Source of the DNA: Chloroflexota bacterium
GTDB lineage: Bacteria > Chloroflexota > Anaerolineae > JACRMK01
Assembly: GCA_016235055.1 (NCBI GenBank)
Contig: JACRMK010000046.1
Coordinates: forward strand, 34,958 to 98,957
Direction of reading: 5' to 3'
DNA length: 64,000 bases
Shown here: positions 7,969 to 18,472 of the stretch, one piece after another
Layout: each line of letters opens with the position of its first letter
Numbering within the stretch: position 1 is the stretch's first letter
The notes under the pieces: model-generated
The model's input: the letters and a program-made list of their open reading frames with translations, nothing else
What the model was told of the DNA's origin: nothing
Database searches by the model: none
Program-made: the position numbers and the translations under genes

Positions 7969-10900
7969 CTACTGCCGTATCAGCGGCAAGTACAGTTTGG
8001 CGCGCTCCACGAACGTCCACGCGCGGCGCACCAGTACGAAGCCCTCATCGACATCCGCCACCTCGTACTGCGCATAGAACGGATCGGCCGCGGCCGGGTC
8101 AAGCTGCACCGTCCACGTCAGCGGCGGCGCGGCAGTCACCATCCCGCTCCAGCGGATGCTGCGCGATGGCGCATCATACGCCAGCGATGGATCACCCAGT
8201 GAGAGCAACGTCACGGAGGCCGGCAGCGTCACCGTGACGCGCGCGCCCGCGCCAAACGCCGCGTTGCTCGTCGTCAGGCTCAGTTGGTAGGTGAACGCCG
8301 CGCCGGTCAGCACGCTGCTCGGCGCGATCACCGCCGAGTCGCCGAGCGGGCCGAGCCAGCCGGCAACGCGGCCGAGCACCACCGGGCGGGCGGCCACCGG
8401 CAGCGTCTCAAATGGAAAGGCGAAATACGCCGTCTTCCAGACGCCGTTCGGCTGGCGCACCGTCACGGCCGATGGCTGAGCGCCGTTCCCGAGGTACGCG
8501 GCCGTGGCCGTCACGGTTGGCAGCACGTAGTCGCTAAAATTGTTGAACGGGAACGTCAGCGTGTATGGGCCGAGCCCATCGGCGATCGGGCTGTACCGCG
8601 CACCGCCAACGCTGGTGACGGTCACGTCGTTGGTGTACGACAGCACGCCGAGGTACGACGGCGCAAAGCTCGACTGCCCGTAGCGCACATCCAGATAGTC
8701 CTGCGACGTGAAGAACAATCGTCCCCCAGCGTTGAGATAGGCCGCCAGCACTGCTTCGTCGTTCGCGCTCAGCGGGTCGAACCAGTCGTAGCCGGTGAAC
8801 CAGACGACCAGCGGGTACATCTGCATCGTCGCGGTCGACGGCCCCGGTCCGCCGCGCGTGTCGAAAACATCGTACGCGATGCCGGCCGCAGCCAGCGTGG
8901 CGGTGTATTTCTGCTCCTGCTCGTACCAGCGGTCGTCGTCCACCAGCAGCAGCGGCGCGGGCGTCTTGCTGGTAACGGTGCGTGTCTGCGCCACGCTCGG
9001 ATCGCCCTGCGCCTGCACGGCCAGTTGCGCCTGATCCGATGTGTTGCGCGCGGCGTCGGTCGGAATCGTCGTGCGCAGTTCCAGCGCGCGTATTTCGCAC
9101 GCGCCCAGCGTCAGCGGCGATCCAAGCGGCGCGCCGCCGCTCCAGAGCGCGGTCGGCCACGCCTGGCCGGATAGCGCGAGGTCGAATGCATCGGACACGA
9201 TGCCGGTATTGCGCACGCTCACGGCATGCGTCACGGTGGCGCCCGGCACGCCGACGGCGATCGACGCGTCGTCGGTCACGCTCAGGCCGTGCACGGCCGG
9301 CGCTGCCGTCAGCCAGTTGATGAGCTGCTGCAGCGCAGCCTGGCGCGTGGCGGCCGGGCCCGCACCCTCGAATCCGAACGACAAGTACGCCGCGCGGTAC
9401 GGCACACAGGTGTCCACGACCAGCCCGGCGATATCGCCGGTGGCATAGCGCGCCAGCGGCCGCGCCGTGGCGTCGAGCGGCTGGACGGCGTCCGTGGAGC
9501 CCTGGTTGTGCGCGCTGTCGGTCGTGTTGAGCGTGAACGTGATGCCCTGCAGCGCTTCCCCGCTTATGCCTGCGACGTGGGTAGTGGCCACGGCATCGGC
9601 CGCAAACTGCCCATGCAGCCGATACGGGAAGTAGTCGTAGCCGGCGAAGCCCGGCCCGGCGTCCCAGAAGGCGATGTCCTGCCCCGATAGCAGCATCCGC
9701 CCGCCGTAGTTGAAGTACTCGATCAGCGTCTGCCCCGCGCCGATATAGTCCGGCGAATCGAACGGCGCCGACCAGACCACGATGTCATACGCCTGCAGGG
9801 TCGTCGTGGCCGGCGCGCCGTGCAGCGGATCGCCGATAGCGTGCACGGCGTATGGATAACCGAGCGCGTCGAGCGCATCGCGATAGTACTGGATCTGGCT
9901 GCCCATGTACCACGCGCCACTGTCCACCAGCAGGATGGTCGGGGCGGACGCCAGCGCGAAATCGACCGTGAGCAGCGCGTTGGCCGTCAGGCTGACCGTC
10001 GCCGTCAGCGCGCGGTGGGCCCAGGCCGATGTGCGCAGCGTGTAGTCGCCGACCGGCAGGGTCAATGTGTAGAAGCCATCGGCGCCGGCGGTCGTCGTGG
10101 CCGGCGTGCCGGATGCCTGCACGCTGGCGCTGATCGGTTGGCTGCTCGCTACGTCGGTCAGGCGCCCGCGCACGACGCCGGACGGCAGGCGCAGCAGCGT
10201 CGCGTCGAGTGTCGTGGCCTGCGCGGTCGTGATCGCAAGCGCGTTGTTGAGCGCTGGCGCAAAGCCGTATGCAAACACCGAAACCCAGTAGTCGCCCGGC
10301 GCCAGCGGTAGGCGGTATACGCCGTCGGGGCCGCTGCTCGCCGTCGCGGTGCGGCTCAGGCGGTCGGTCGCGACGATCTGCGCGCCGGCCAGTGGTGCGC
10401 CTTCGGCCGTGATCGTGCCGCTCAGCGTGCCGTAGGCCGTCGCCTGCAAAACCGCCTGGAAGGCGTCCACGCGGCCCCAGCCGGTATTGTTGTTCGGCAC
10501 GCTCGTCGTCAGCGGCAGGGCCGTGGATGTGATCAGATAGTATGTGCCATCGACCGTCAGGCTGGGCTGCGCCTGCCGGAGCAGCGCGGCCAGGCCCGCC
10601 ACATGCGGCGCGGCCATCGAGGTGCCGCTCATCAATTGGTAACCACCGCCGGGGACGCTGGAGCGCACACCGACGCCGGGGGCCGACACATCCGGCTTGA
10701 TGTGACCATCGATCGGCGACGGGCCGCGCGACGAGAAGTAGGCCACCTGGTCGGCGCTGTCGGTCGCGCCGACGCCGAACGACTCGGGGTACGAAGCGGG
10801 CGCGCCAACCGTGCCCAAGCCCATGACGCCGTTGTTGCCGTTGGAGAAGACCTGCACGATGCCGGCCGCGCGCACGGCCCGCACATCGTCCTGGAAGACG

Positions 10901-11889
10901 GTGTCGAAGCCGTTGTCGGTGCCCCATGAGTTCGAGACGATATCCGGCGCCAGCGCCGGGTCGCCTCCGGGCGCAATGACCCACTGGAAGCCGGCGTGAA
11001 TCCACGAGTCGAGCCCGCGCCCGCTGTTGTCGAAGATCTTCGCGGCGATCCACTTCGCGCCGGGCGCCACGCCGATTGTGTCGCCGGGCGCGCCGCCGAC
11101 GAGCGTGCCCATCGTGTGTGTGCCGTGGCCGTAACCGTCGCCGGGGTAAAGGTAGCCGCTGCCGGTGGCGTCGAACCAGTTGCCGGTGTGCACCGCCGGG
11201 CCGCTGCCGCGATAACCGCGGTAGCGCGTCTGCAGCGCCGGGTGTTGCCAGTCCACGCCGGTGTCGAGATTGGCGATGACGACGCCGGAACCGTCGATGC
11301 CGAACGCGCTCCAGACGCGGTCGGCGCCGATCAACTGGAGGTTCCACTCGGCGGCAGAGGCGGCAGCCGGGGCGGCGGGCGGCGCATCGTCCGCTGCCGT
11401 GAGCACGCCGTCGACCAGTTGCCGCACGTGATCGGCGCGCACAACCGACACCTCCGACAGGGCAGCCAGCGCGAGAATCGTATCGCGGTCGGCTTCGCCG
11501 GCCAGCGCGTTCGCAATCCAGAGCACGCGCGGCGGCCCGGCCTGCCCGGATGTCTGTCGCGCCGCGAGCAGCGCGCGCGCGTTGACCTGCGCCCGGTCGG
11601 CGGCAATTTGCAGCGCCGACACGACCGACGCCGCGCGCGGGGCGCGCCCGCCCGTCGTCGCCGGCACCAGGCTGGCGCGCGCCGAGAAATGCGCCACAAA
11701 TGGCACGCGACCGCCTTTGGTTTGCAGCAGTTGTTTGCGAAGCGCCGGCTCGAGCTTGCGCGCGCTGTCGGGGAACGGCGCGCCGGCGGGCGCGGCGCTG
11801 GTGGCCGGCCCACGCGGGTCGAGCAGGGCCGCGCAGAGCAGCAACAGGGGCAGCAGCGCGACCAGCACGCGCGATAGTCGGCGGTTCAC
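7969..11889 (-). CDS. Secreted subtilisin-like serine protease (peptidase S8) with long C-terminal beta-rich extension
   Basis: 1306 aa; signal-peptide-like N-terminus; catalytic triad motifs DTGVD, HGTHTMG, GTSMAAPHVAG; GTG start. Confidence 0.9.
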   Translation of the reverse strand: MNRRLSRVLVALLPLLLLCAALLDPRGPATSAAPAGAPFPDSARKLEPALRKQLLQTKGGRVPFVAHFSARASLVPATTGGRAPRAASVVSALQIAADRAQVNARALLAARQTSGQAGPPRVLWIANALAGEADRDTILALAALSEVSVVRADHVRQLVDGVLTAADDAPPAAPAAASAAEWNLQLIGADRVWSAFGIDGSGVVIANLDTGVDWQHPALQTRYRGYRGSGPAVHTGNWFDATGSGYLYPGDGYGHGTHTMGTLVGGAPGDTIGVAPGAKWIAAKIFDNSGRGLDSWIHAGFQWVIAPGGDPALAPDIVSNSWGTDNGFDTVFQDDVRAVRAAGIVQVFSNGNNGVMGLGTVGAPASYPESFGVGATDSADQVAYFSSRGPSPIDGHIKPDVSAPGVGVRSSVPGGGYQLMSGTSMAAPHVAGLAALLRQAQPSLTVDGTYYLITSTALPLTTSVPNNNTGWGRVDAFQAVLQATAYGTLSGTITAEGAPLAGAQIVATDRLSRTATASSGPDGVYRLPLAPGDYWVSVFAYGFAPALNNALAITTAQATTLDATLLRLPSGVVRGRLTDVASSQPISASVQASGTPATTTAGADGFYTLTLPVGDYTLRTSAWAHRALTATVSLTANALLTVDFALASAPTILLVDSGAWYMGSQIQYYRDALDALGYPYAVHAIGDPLHGAPATTTLQAYDIVVWSAPFDSPDYIGAGQTLIEYFNYGGRMLLSGQDIAFWDAGPGFAGYDYFPYRLHGQFAADAVATTHVAGISGEALQGITFTLNTTDSAHNQGSTDAVQPLDATARPLARYATGDIAGLVVDTCVPYRAAYLSFGFEGAGPAATRQAALQQLINWLTAAPAVHGLSVTDDASIAVGVPGATVTHAVSVRNTGIVSDAFDLALSGQAWPTALWSGGAPLGSPLTLGACEIRALELRTTIPTDAARNTSDQAQLAVQAQGDPSVAQTRTVTSKTPAPLLLVDDDRWYEQEQKYTATLAAAGIAYDVFDTRGGPGPSTATMQMYPLVVWFTGYDWFDPLSANDEAVLAAYLNAGGRLFFTSQDYLDVRYGQSSFAPSYLGVLSYTNDVTVTSVGGARYSPIADGLGPYTLTFPFNNFSDYVLPTVTATAAYLGNGAQPSAVTVRQPNGVWKTAYFAFPFETLPVAARPVVLGRVAGWLGPLGDSAVIAPSSVLTGAAFTYQLSLTTSNAAFGAGARVTVTLPASVTLLSLGDPSLAYDAPSRSIRWSGMVTAAPPLTWTVQLDPAAADPFYAQYEVADVDEGFVLVRRAWTFVERAKLYLPLIRQ

Positions 11890-11941
11890 AGACAGATGTT
11901 ACCGATAAAGCGGCGCAGGCGCAAGCGAGTTGTGCGGTAGG

Positions 11942-12192
11942 AGGTATATTCAGTTCTGGGGCGCAACCAATACGGAGCAAGAACATAGTAGCTCGTTATG
12001 TCCGCGTAGGGGCGCATGGCCATGCGCCCGCATCCAGAGGTGCTGCCCCCTGGATTCCCGCGGTGCTCTGCGGCCTTCATCCTGTGCCCGCGCCTGCGGC
12101 GCGGAGCGGGGCGAAGCCCCGCTGCACAGGACATCGCGCAGAGCGTTAACCGCCCGCTGGCCCGAAGCCAGCGGGAAACGCGCGGGAGTGAC
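11942..12192. repeat. Composite intergenic repeat, family 4 (GGTATATTCAGTTCTGGGGCGCAACC module plus GTAGGGGCGC hairpins)
   Basis: Modules recur at about 31255-31370 (inverted) and 55057-55220; several perfect short palindromes. Confidence 0.55.
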
Positions 12193-12433
12193 GTCTTGTT
12201 CTGCCACGGACACCTATTTGCCCCCAATTTGAAATGCGCTCCTATGCCGTAGTGCATACCCGAAAGGTTTAGCGCACCTCCGATAGCGGACAACCCACGA
12301 GAAACTCTTCGGGTCGCAACGCGCCGCGCTCCCATTCGTCGTGCCGGACAACCCTGTGCGCCGATATCCGCGCAATTCCAGCAGATTCATTTCCTCTAGT
12401 ATAATGACCGACGTACCAATTTTGGAGGTCTCT

Positions 12434-14107
12434 GTGGGCAACTCGCAGAAAGTGCTCGTCATCGGACTCGATGGCGTGCCGCTTGAACTGATCAAACCGT
12501 GGGCCGATGCAGGCCACCTGCCGACCCTCAAGCAATTCATCGCTGACGGCGCGTCCGGGCACCTGGCGAGCACCATGCCGCCGACGTCCGGCCCGTCGTG
12601 GTCCACCTTCGCGACCGGCAAGAACCCCGGCAAGCACGGCATCTATGACTTCCTGTTCCGTCATCCGAAGGCGTACGTCTTCCCGCCGGTCAACACGACC
12701 CGCCGCGACGGCAAGGCGCTCTGGAAGATCATCGCCGATGCCGGCAAGGTCGCCGGCTCGCTCAACGTGCCGATCGCGTACCCGGTCGACAAGTTGAACG
12801 GCGGCATGATCTCCGGCTGGATGACGCCGTACAACGCCAAGGACTTCGCGTACCCGCCCGAGCTGCTCGGCGAGATCGAGAAGCGCATCGGCGGGCACTA
12901 TCACATCTACCCGACCGAGACGTTCGCCGAGGGGCGCGGCGAGGAGGCGTTCATGCGCGCCTCCGACGACCTGCTGGATGGGCTGACGAAGACGACGCTG
13001 GCGATGCTGGACAAGTACGCGCCGGACTTCTTCATCACCGTGAACTTCGACACCGACCGCATCCTGCACCAGATGTGGCACTACCTCGACCCGACGCACC
13101 CGTGGCGGAACGACAGCGCAGACCGTTCGGGTCCCGTCCTGCGCTACTTCCAGAAGGTGGACCAGAGCATCGCGCAGATGCTGACGCGCGCCGACGAGAA
13201 CACGCTGGTCGTCATCCTGTCCGATCATGGCATGGGCGCGGCGCACAACTTCGTGGTGCTGAACAACTGGCTGCTGCAGACCGGCCTGCTGCAACTGAAG
13301 CGCGACATCCCGACGCGTCTGAAGCGACTGCTGTTCGACCTCGGCTTCACGCTGCGCAATGTGCACCGCATCGCGAACCGGCTGGGGCTGGCCAAGCACG
13401 CCGAGTACAAGATGGGCTACTTCACCGACGCGCTCATCAAATACTTCTTCCTGTCGTTCCGCAACGTGGACTGGGCGCGCAGCAGGGCGTACTCGTTCGG
13501 GCGGCACGTCGGCTCGATCTATATCAACGTCAAAGGCCGCGAGCCGCAGGGCAGCGTCGAGCGCGGCGCGGAATACGAGCGCGTGCGCGACGAGATCATC
13601 GCGCTGGCGAAGGATTTCCGCGACCCGCACGACGGCCGGGCGATCATCGCGCAGGTGCTCAAGCGCGAAGATGTCTGGACGGGCAAGCATCTCGACGAAG
13701 CGCCCGACCTGGTCATGCTGCCGAAGGAGCCGACCGATATCTTTTTCGGGCTGGCCGACTTCGGCTCCAACCAGTTGATGGACCGCGTGTACCGCTATTC
13801 CGGCATGCACCGCAACGACGGCCTGCTGTTCATGCGCGGCCCGATGATCAAGAAAGGCCACGTCATCACGGGCGCGCAGATCCAGGACATGGCGCCGACG
13901 ATCCTGTGGGCGATGGGCCTGCCGGTCGCGCGCGACATGGACGGCAAGCCGCTGACCGATGTGTTCGAGTACGCGTTCACCGCCGAGCACCCGGTCACCT
14001 ACGACGACGGCAGCAGCGCGGAGCAGAAGCCCGACGTGGCGGACTACAGCGACGAAGAGGCCAGGCAGGTCGAAGAGCGCCTGCGCGAGCTCGGCTACCT
14101 CGGCTGA
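12434..14107 (+). CDS. Type I phosphodiesterase / nucleotide pyrophosphatase family protein (alkaline-phosphatase superfamily)
   Basis: Start chosen at GTG preceded by GGAGGT (alternative ATG at 12404); N-terminal KVLVIGLDG motif typical of the family. Confidence 0.8.
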   Translation: MGNSQKVLVIGLDGVPLELIKPWADAGHLPTLKQFIADGASGHLASTMPPTSGPSWSTFATGKNPGKHGIYDFLFRHPKAYVFPPVNTTRRDGKALWKIIADAGKVAGSLNVPIAYPVDKLNGGMISGWMTPYNAKDFAYPPELLGEIEKRIGGHYHIYPTETFAEGRGEEAFMRASDDLLDGLTKTTLAMLDKYAPDFFITVNFDTDRILHQMWHYLDPTHPWRNDSADRSGPVLRYFQKVDQSIAQMLTRADENTLVVILSDHGMGAAHNFVVLNNWLLQTGLLQLKRDIPTRLKRLLFDLGFTLRNVHRIANRLGLAKHAEYKMGYFTDALIKYFFLSFRNVDWARSRAYSFGRHVGSIYINVKGREPQGSVERGAEYERVRDEIIALAKDFRDPHDGRAIIAQVLKREDVWTGKHLDEAPDLVMLPKEPTDIFFGLADFGSNQLMDRVYRYSGMHRNDGLLFMRGPMIKKGHVITGAQIQDMAPTILWAMGLPVARDMDGKPLTDVFEYAFTAEHPVTYDDGSSAEQKPDVADYSDEEARQVEERLRELGYLG

Positions 14108-14153
14108 GCCGGAGCGCATCCCGCGCGGCAGACGGGACGCGCGATCGACCTCC

Positions 14154-15989
14154 ATGGCTACGCGGACGCGCCTCGCGATTCTCGCCATACTGCTGGCGGC
14201 GTTCGCCCTGCGCGCGGGCAACCTCGACACGCAGAGCATCTGGGGCGACGAGGCGTTTTCGATCTTTACGGCGAAACAGGATATTGCATTTGTGACCGGC
14301 GGCGGGGCGGACACGCACCCGCCGCTTTATCATTTCCTCCTGCACACCTGGATGCTGACGGCGGGCCGCACGCCGTTCGCCATCCGCTGGCTGTCGGTCA
14401 TGGCGTCCATGCTGGCGGTGGCGGCCGCCTATGTGCTGGCCCGACAGGTGTCCGGGCGGAACGCGGGAGCCGGAGCGCCGCTGCTGGCCGCCTTGCTGGT
14501 CGCCGCTGCGCCGTTCCAGGTCTTCTATGCGCAGGAAGCACGCATGTACGCGCAGACCGCCGCGCTGTGCGCGCTCTCGCTGGCCGGATTCATTGGCTGG
14601 CACGCGCGCGGCACGCGCCGTGCGCTGCTCGGCTGGATCGTGGCGACGCTGCCCGCGCTCTACTCTCACTATTTCGCATTCTTCGTGCTGGGCGCGCAGG
14701 ACCTGTTCCTGCTCGGCTCGTTGTGGCGCGACCGCCGCACCGCGCCAGGGCGTTTGCGGGCGGCGGTAGTTGCGCACCTCGCGCTGGCGCTCGCCTATCT
14801 GCCATGGGTCAACGCGCAGCGGGAATACCTCTCCAGCCGCGCCAACGCGCGTGCCAGCACGCTCTCACTACAGGGCATCTGGGATGTGGTGCGCCAATCG
14901 CTTGGCGCATTGTTCGCCGGCACGACCCTCGATGGCCCGGTGCAGGTCGCTGCCGCGCTGTTCTGCCTTGCGCTGGCTCTGTTTGGCCTGTGGTCGGCGC
15001 GGCGCGCGCCATACGCGTGGCTGATGGCGCTGGCGATTGGCGTGCCGATCGCGGGCGCGATCGTGGTCAACCCGCTGTTGCCGTTCTTCCGCGAGCGATT
15101 CTTGCTGCTGGCATCCGTGCCGTTCGCGCTCCTGATGGCGGCCGGACTGTGGCGTTTACCGACGCCGGAGCGATGGGTGTCACTGGCGGTTATCGGAGCG
15201 ATTGTGGCACTCGCGCTGTCGAACACCTGGTACGCAGACCGTTTCCACAAGGGTGAATACGGGCTGGCGATCAACACGATCCGGTCGAATATGCGCGCCG
15301 GCGACGCGGTGATCGTCTATACGCCGATACAGGAGGCGGTGTACGACTACTACCGCATTGAGGGGTTGCCCGCCTACACCATGCCGGGCGCCGACCTGGC
15401 CGCTGTCGCGGCGAAGCAGTCGCGCATCTGGCTGCTGCTGTACGGCGATCCGGCCGTGTTCGATCCGAACCGCAGCGCGGAACAGTTCCTGAGCCAGCAC
15501 GGTTTCAAGAGTTTCTACCAGGGCTACCGTGACGGTGCCCTGGCTCGTTACGATATGGCATCCGAAGCCGTGACGCTGACACCCGCGCAGACGCGATTCG
15601 GCGATGCGGTCACGCTGACCGGCTATGCCGTACCGCCATCGGTGGCCCGCGGAGAGACGCTGCCGGTCGTGCTGCAATGGCAATCGAGCGCGCCGCTAAG
15701 CGAGGATTACACAGTCTTCGCACACCTGCTGGCGCCGGATGGCCGCGTCGTCACGCAGATGGACAGCCAGCCGGTCGGCGGTACGCGCCCGACGCGCGGC
15801 TGGAAACCGGGCGAACCGGTGCGCGACCAGATCGGCGTGGCGGTGCCGTTTGACGCGCCGCCCGGCGTCTATCGCGTCGAGGTCGGCATGTACCTGCTGC
15901 GCACGCTCCAGCGGCTGCCCGTGCGCGAGTCGGGCGGCCTGCCTGTTCAAGCAGACGCCGTGATCCTCGGATCGATTGAGGTGCGATAG
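14154..15989 (+). CDS. Glycosyltransferase family 39 / ArnT-like membrane glycosyltransferase (GT-C fold)
   Basis: 611 aa from internal ATG; multiple TM helices; first-loop IWGDEAF (DE motif); soluble C-terminal domain. Confidence 0.85.
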   Translation: MATRTRLAILAILLAAFALRAGNLDTQSIWGDEAFSIFTAKQDIAFVTGGGADTHPPLYHFLLHTWMLTAGRTPFAIRWLSVMASMLAVAAAYVLARQVSGRNAGAGAPLLAALLVAAAPFQVFYAQEARMYAQTAALCALSLAGFIGWHARGTRRALLGWIVATLPALYSHYFAFFVLGAQDLFLLGSLWRDRRTAPGRLRAAVVAHLALALAYLPWVNAQREYLSSRANARASTLSLQGIWDVVRQSLGALFAGTTLDGPVQVAAALFCLALALFGLWSARRAPYAWLMALAIGVPIAGAIVVNPLLPFFRERFLLLASVPFALLMAAGLWRLPTPERWVSLAVIGAIVALALSNTWYADRFHKGEYGLAINTIRSNMRAGDAVIVYTPIQEAVYDYYRIEGLPAYTMPGADLAAVAAKQSRIWLLLYGDPAVFDPNRSAEQFLSQHGFKSFYQGYRDGALARYDMASEAVTLTPAQTRFGDAVTLTGYAVPPSVARGETLPVVLQWQSSAPLSEDYTVFAHLLAPDGRVVTQMDSQPVGGTRPTRGWKPGEPVRDQIGVAVPFDAPPGVYRVEVGMYLLRTLQRLPVRESGGLPVQADAVILGSIEVR

Positions 15990-15997
15990 CGAACTCG

Positions 15998-16957
15998 CTA
16001 GCGCCCCGCCAGCCGCGCGACGATCGGCGCAAATTCCGCCACCCGATCATCCGGCACGACGTAGTACGAGAACCCGTACACCGCGCGTCGCTCTTCCATC
16101 TGGGCCGCCATCTGCTCCGGCGTGCCGATGAACACCGACGGCATCGCCAACACCTGCTCGACGGTGACGCCCACCCATCCGCGAGTGCGGATCAGCTGCT
16201 CGGCACCGCCCTGCCGGTCGTCTGTGAAGACCAGCCCCGGTATCAGATTCAACTCGATCTGATCGAATCGCTCGCCGGCCCCCTGCCGCACCCACTCTAT
16301 CTTCTGCCGCACCGATTCGGCCAGGCGCTCGGTCGGATCATCAGACAGCGCCCCGCTGGCGACCGACGTGGTCAACATGCTAATGATGTCGGCCTCCCGT
16401 CCGGCCAGCATCAACATCCGCTTCTGCCCGCCACCGAGCAAGATCGGCGGGCGCAGCCGCTGGATGGGCTTCGGGTAGCCGTTCAGATTCGTAACATGGT
16501 AATGCTCGCCCGCATAGGTGAATGGGCCGTCCGCAAACAGGCCGTTTAGCACCCGCAGTGACTCCGCGAGGCGGCTAATGCGCGTGCCAGCGGAATCGAA
16601 TGGCAATCCCGCCTGCGCGTATTCTGTGCGCAGCCAACCCGCGCCGAGCCCCAGTTCCAGCCGCCCGCCGGACAGCGCGTCCAGCGTCGCCGCTTCCTTG
16701 GCCAGCACGACCGGATGCCGGTAATCGTTGTCAATCACGAGCGTACCGACGCGCAGGGTTGTCGTCGCCAGTGCAGCGGCGGTCAGCGCGCTGAACGGCG
16801 CCAGTTGGTCGCCGAAATAGTCGGGCACGAAGTGGTCGCGGATCAGGAACGTCGCGTAACCGAGGTCTTCTACGCGACGTGCGTGGTTCATCCACGTCTG
16901 CGGGTAATGCGACTGCTCGTTGATGACGCCGAAACGGAACGGGTGTGGGTGGGCCAT
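15998..16957 (-). CDS. LLM-class (luciferase-like) flavin/F420-dependent oxidoreductase
   Basis: 319 aa, TIM-barrel luciferase-like composition, N-terminal FRFGV motif. Confidence 0.8.
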   Translation of the reverse strand: MAHPHPFRFGVINEQSHYPQTWMNHARRVEDLGYATFLIRDHFVPDYFGDQLAPFSALTAAALATTTLRVGTLVIDNDYRHPVVLAKEAATLDALSGGRLELGLGAGWLRTEYAQAGLPFDSAGTRISRLAESLRVLNGLFADGPFTYAGEHYHVTNLNGYPKPIQRLRPPILLGGGQKRMLMLAGREADIISMLTTSVASGALSDDPTERLAESVRQKIEWVRQGAGERFDQIELNLIPGLVFTDDRQGGAEQLIRTRGWVGVTVEQVLAMPSVFIGTPEQMAAQMEERRAVYGFSYYVVPDDRVAEFAPIVARLAGR

Positions 16958-17278
16958 GAACTACCGCCTTTCTGGAATCTCAGAACTGCGGCCAGTATAG
17001 CGAGTACCGATGCGTCGTTCTATCCGATTCTTGCGGTTCAAACTGCCGCACAAGCAGGGGACGGCAAAAAGGAATCGTCCGCGCTAGAGCATCTTGCAGA
17101 AACATCGGGCACGCCATGCGGTTCGCCGGGTAGGGGCAGGTCTTTGACCTGCCCAGCGGACAGGCCAAAGGCCTGTCCCTACAGGCGGCGTGCAGCACCG
17201 TATCGGATCATGTCGCAAACCGCTATAAACGCTGGCGACGCTTATGCTTATCCGGGCAGAGCGTGTCCGCAGGAACAT

Positions 17279-17415
17279 GTCATGTTGAGCGCGGCGGCCA
17301 AGTCATCATTAGGCAGACAATCACGCACGCGAAGCATCTATGCCGAAGCATTTCAGGTGCTTCGCGCGCGTGACAGGCCTACCCACAGCGGCCTTGCCTT
17401 CGCGCTGCTCATGAC
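17279..17415. repeat. MITE-like element, family 1 copy
   Basis: Terminal inverted repeats GTCATGTTGAGCGCGG / CCTTCGCGCTGCTCATGAC; internal GAAGCATTTCAGGTGCTTC hairpin as in the copy at 2777. Confidence 0.55.
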
Positions 17416-17611
17416 GTTCGCGGTATTGCTCGTAGGGCCGACCCCGACCCGTTCGCCCCCTTTGGGGGGTTGCGGTCGCCCGGTGCTGGGCCGGGCAAGC
17501 GCTGCTCCTACACGGCTGTCATGCAACGGCGCATGCCCGCCGGGCATGGGGTTCTCGCAATGACGCTTTTGTCGCAGCGCCGCTTACTCTGCAAACCGCT
17601 TCAAAACAAAA

Positions 17612-17644
17612 CAGCCCTTCGGGTCTCTTAACCCGAAGGGCTGT
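17612..17644. terminator. Terminator hairpin (CCCTTCGGGTC family) downstream of L,D-transpeptidase gene
   Basis: Palindrome CAGCCCTTCGGGT-ctctta-ACCCGAAGGGCTG. Confidence 0.55.
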
Positions 17645-17668
17645 TGGTTTCTGGGCGAAGTGTTGCGT

Positions 17669-18472
17669 TTAGTAGTGCGTCCGCACCGGCATGCCGACGT
17701 AGCCGAAGCTGTAGAAGTACGCCGCGTCGTCGAGCGTCAGGTTCACGCAGCCGTGGCTCATCGGGTGCCCGAAGTTGCGGTGCCAGTAGGTGCCGTGCAG
17801 CGCGAAGCCGCGATAGAAGTACATGATGTTCGGCACGCCGGGCAGGCGGTAGTAGTCGCGGGCCGCGCGCGAGCCGCCGGACATTGTCTGCGACTTGACC
17901 TTGGCCCAGACGCGGAACAGGCCGACGACCGTCGGATGACGACGCACGCCGGTCGAGGTCAGCACGGTCTTCAGCGGCGTCGAGCCGCGATAGGCGGTGA
18001 CCGTCTGCCGCGAGATGTTGACGTCCACCCACATGCCGGAGGTCGGCGGGTTCGCCACCGGGCCGGCCAACGTCGTCTCGGCGGTCGTGCGCGGCCAACC
18101 GGGGGCGTCGCCGGGCTTCGCAGGCGGCGCGCCAAGCACGCCGGGCGGCAAGCCGAGCGACAGCGCGCTCTCGAAGGCGGGCGTTTCCGTGGGCGGCATC
18201 GCGAATGCCTCGCTGCTCAACGGCACGCCGCTCATATCCGGTCCACTGGCGGCCAACTCATCGTCGGCAAACAGATCGGCATCGGCGCCGGCCATGATCG
18301 GGTCAAAGCTCAACAGCGCGACCGGATCGATCTCCGCTGACTGCTGCAGCAAATCAGCGGCAACGGCAATGCGCTCCTGCGACACAAAGGCCAGCCCCGT
18401 GCCGATCACGAGCAGCAACAGACTTGCAGCGAGCAGTATACGGTTCTTCAATGTGCCCCCTTTGGCGCTCAA
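17669..18472 (-). CDS. L,D-transpeptidase (YkuD domain), membrane-anchored
   Basis: HGTYWHRNFGHPMSHGCVNL contains the YkuD catalytic His/Cys motif; N-terminal hydrophobic anchor; start is TTG (18472, or a second TTG at 18451 preceded by AAGGGGG). Confidence 0.8.
   Translation of the reverse strand: MSAKGGTLKNRILLAASLLLLVIGTGLAFVSQERIAVAADLLQQSAEIDPVALLSFDPIMAGADADLFADDELAASGPDMSGVPLSSEAFAMPPTETPAFESALSLGLPPGVLGAPPAKPGDAPGWPRTTAETTLAGPVANPPTSGMWVDVNISRQTVTAYRGSTPLKTVLTSTGVRRHPTVVGLFRVWAKVKSQTMSGGSRAARDYYRLPGVPNIMYFYRGFALHGTYWHRNFGHPMSHGCVNLTLDDAAYFYSFGYVGMPVRTHY

Noticed and set aside
9785-11986. 733-aa ORF in an alternative frame of the subtilase gene
   Set aside because: Arg-rich nonsense composition; the subtilase frame carries the catalytic triad motifs
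12269-14314. 681-aa ORF antisense to the phosphodiesterase gene
   Set aside because: Low-complexity Arg/Ala translation; the opposite strand has a recognisable alkaline-phosphatase-family protein
16715-17563. 282-aa ORF across the 16958-17668 intergenic region
   Set aside because: Runs through MITE family 1 and hairpin repeats; no RBS; composition non-protein-like
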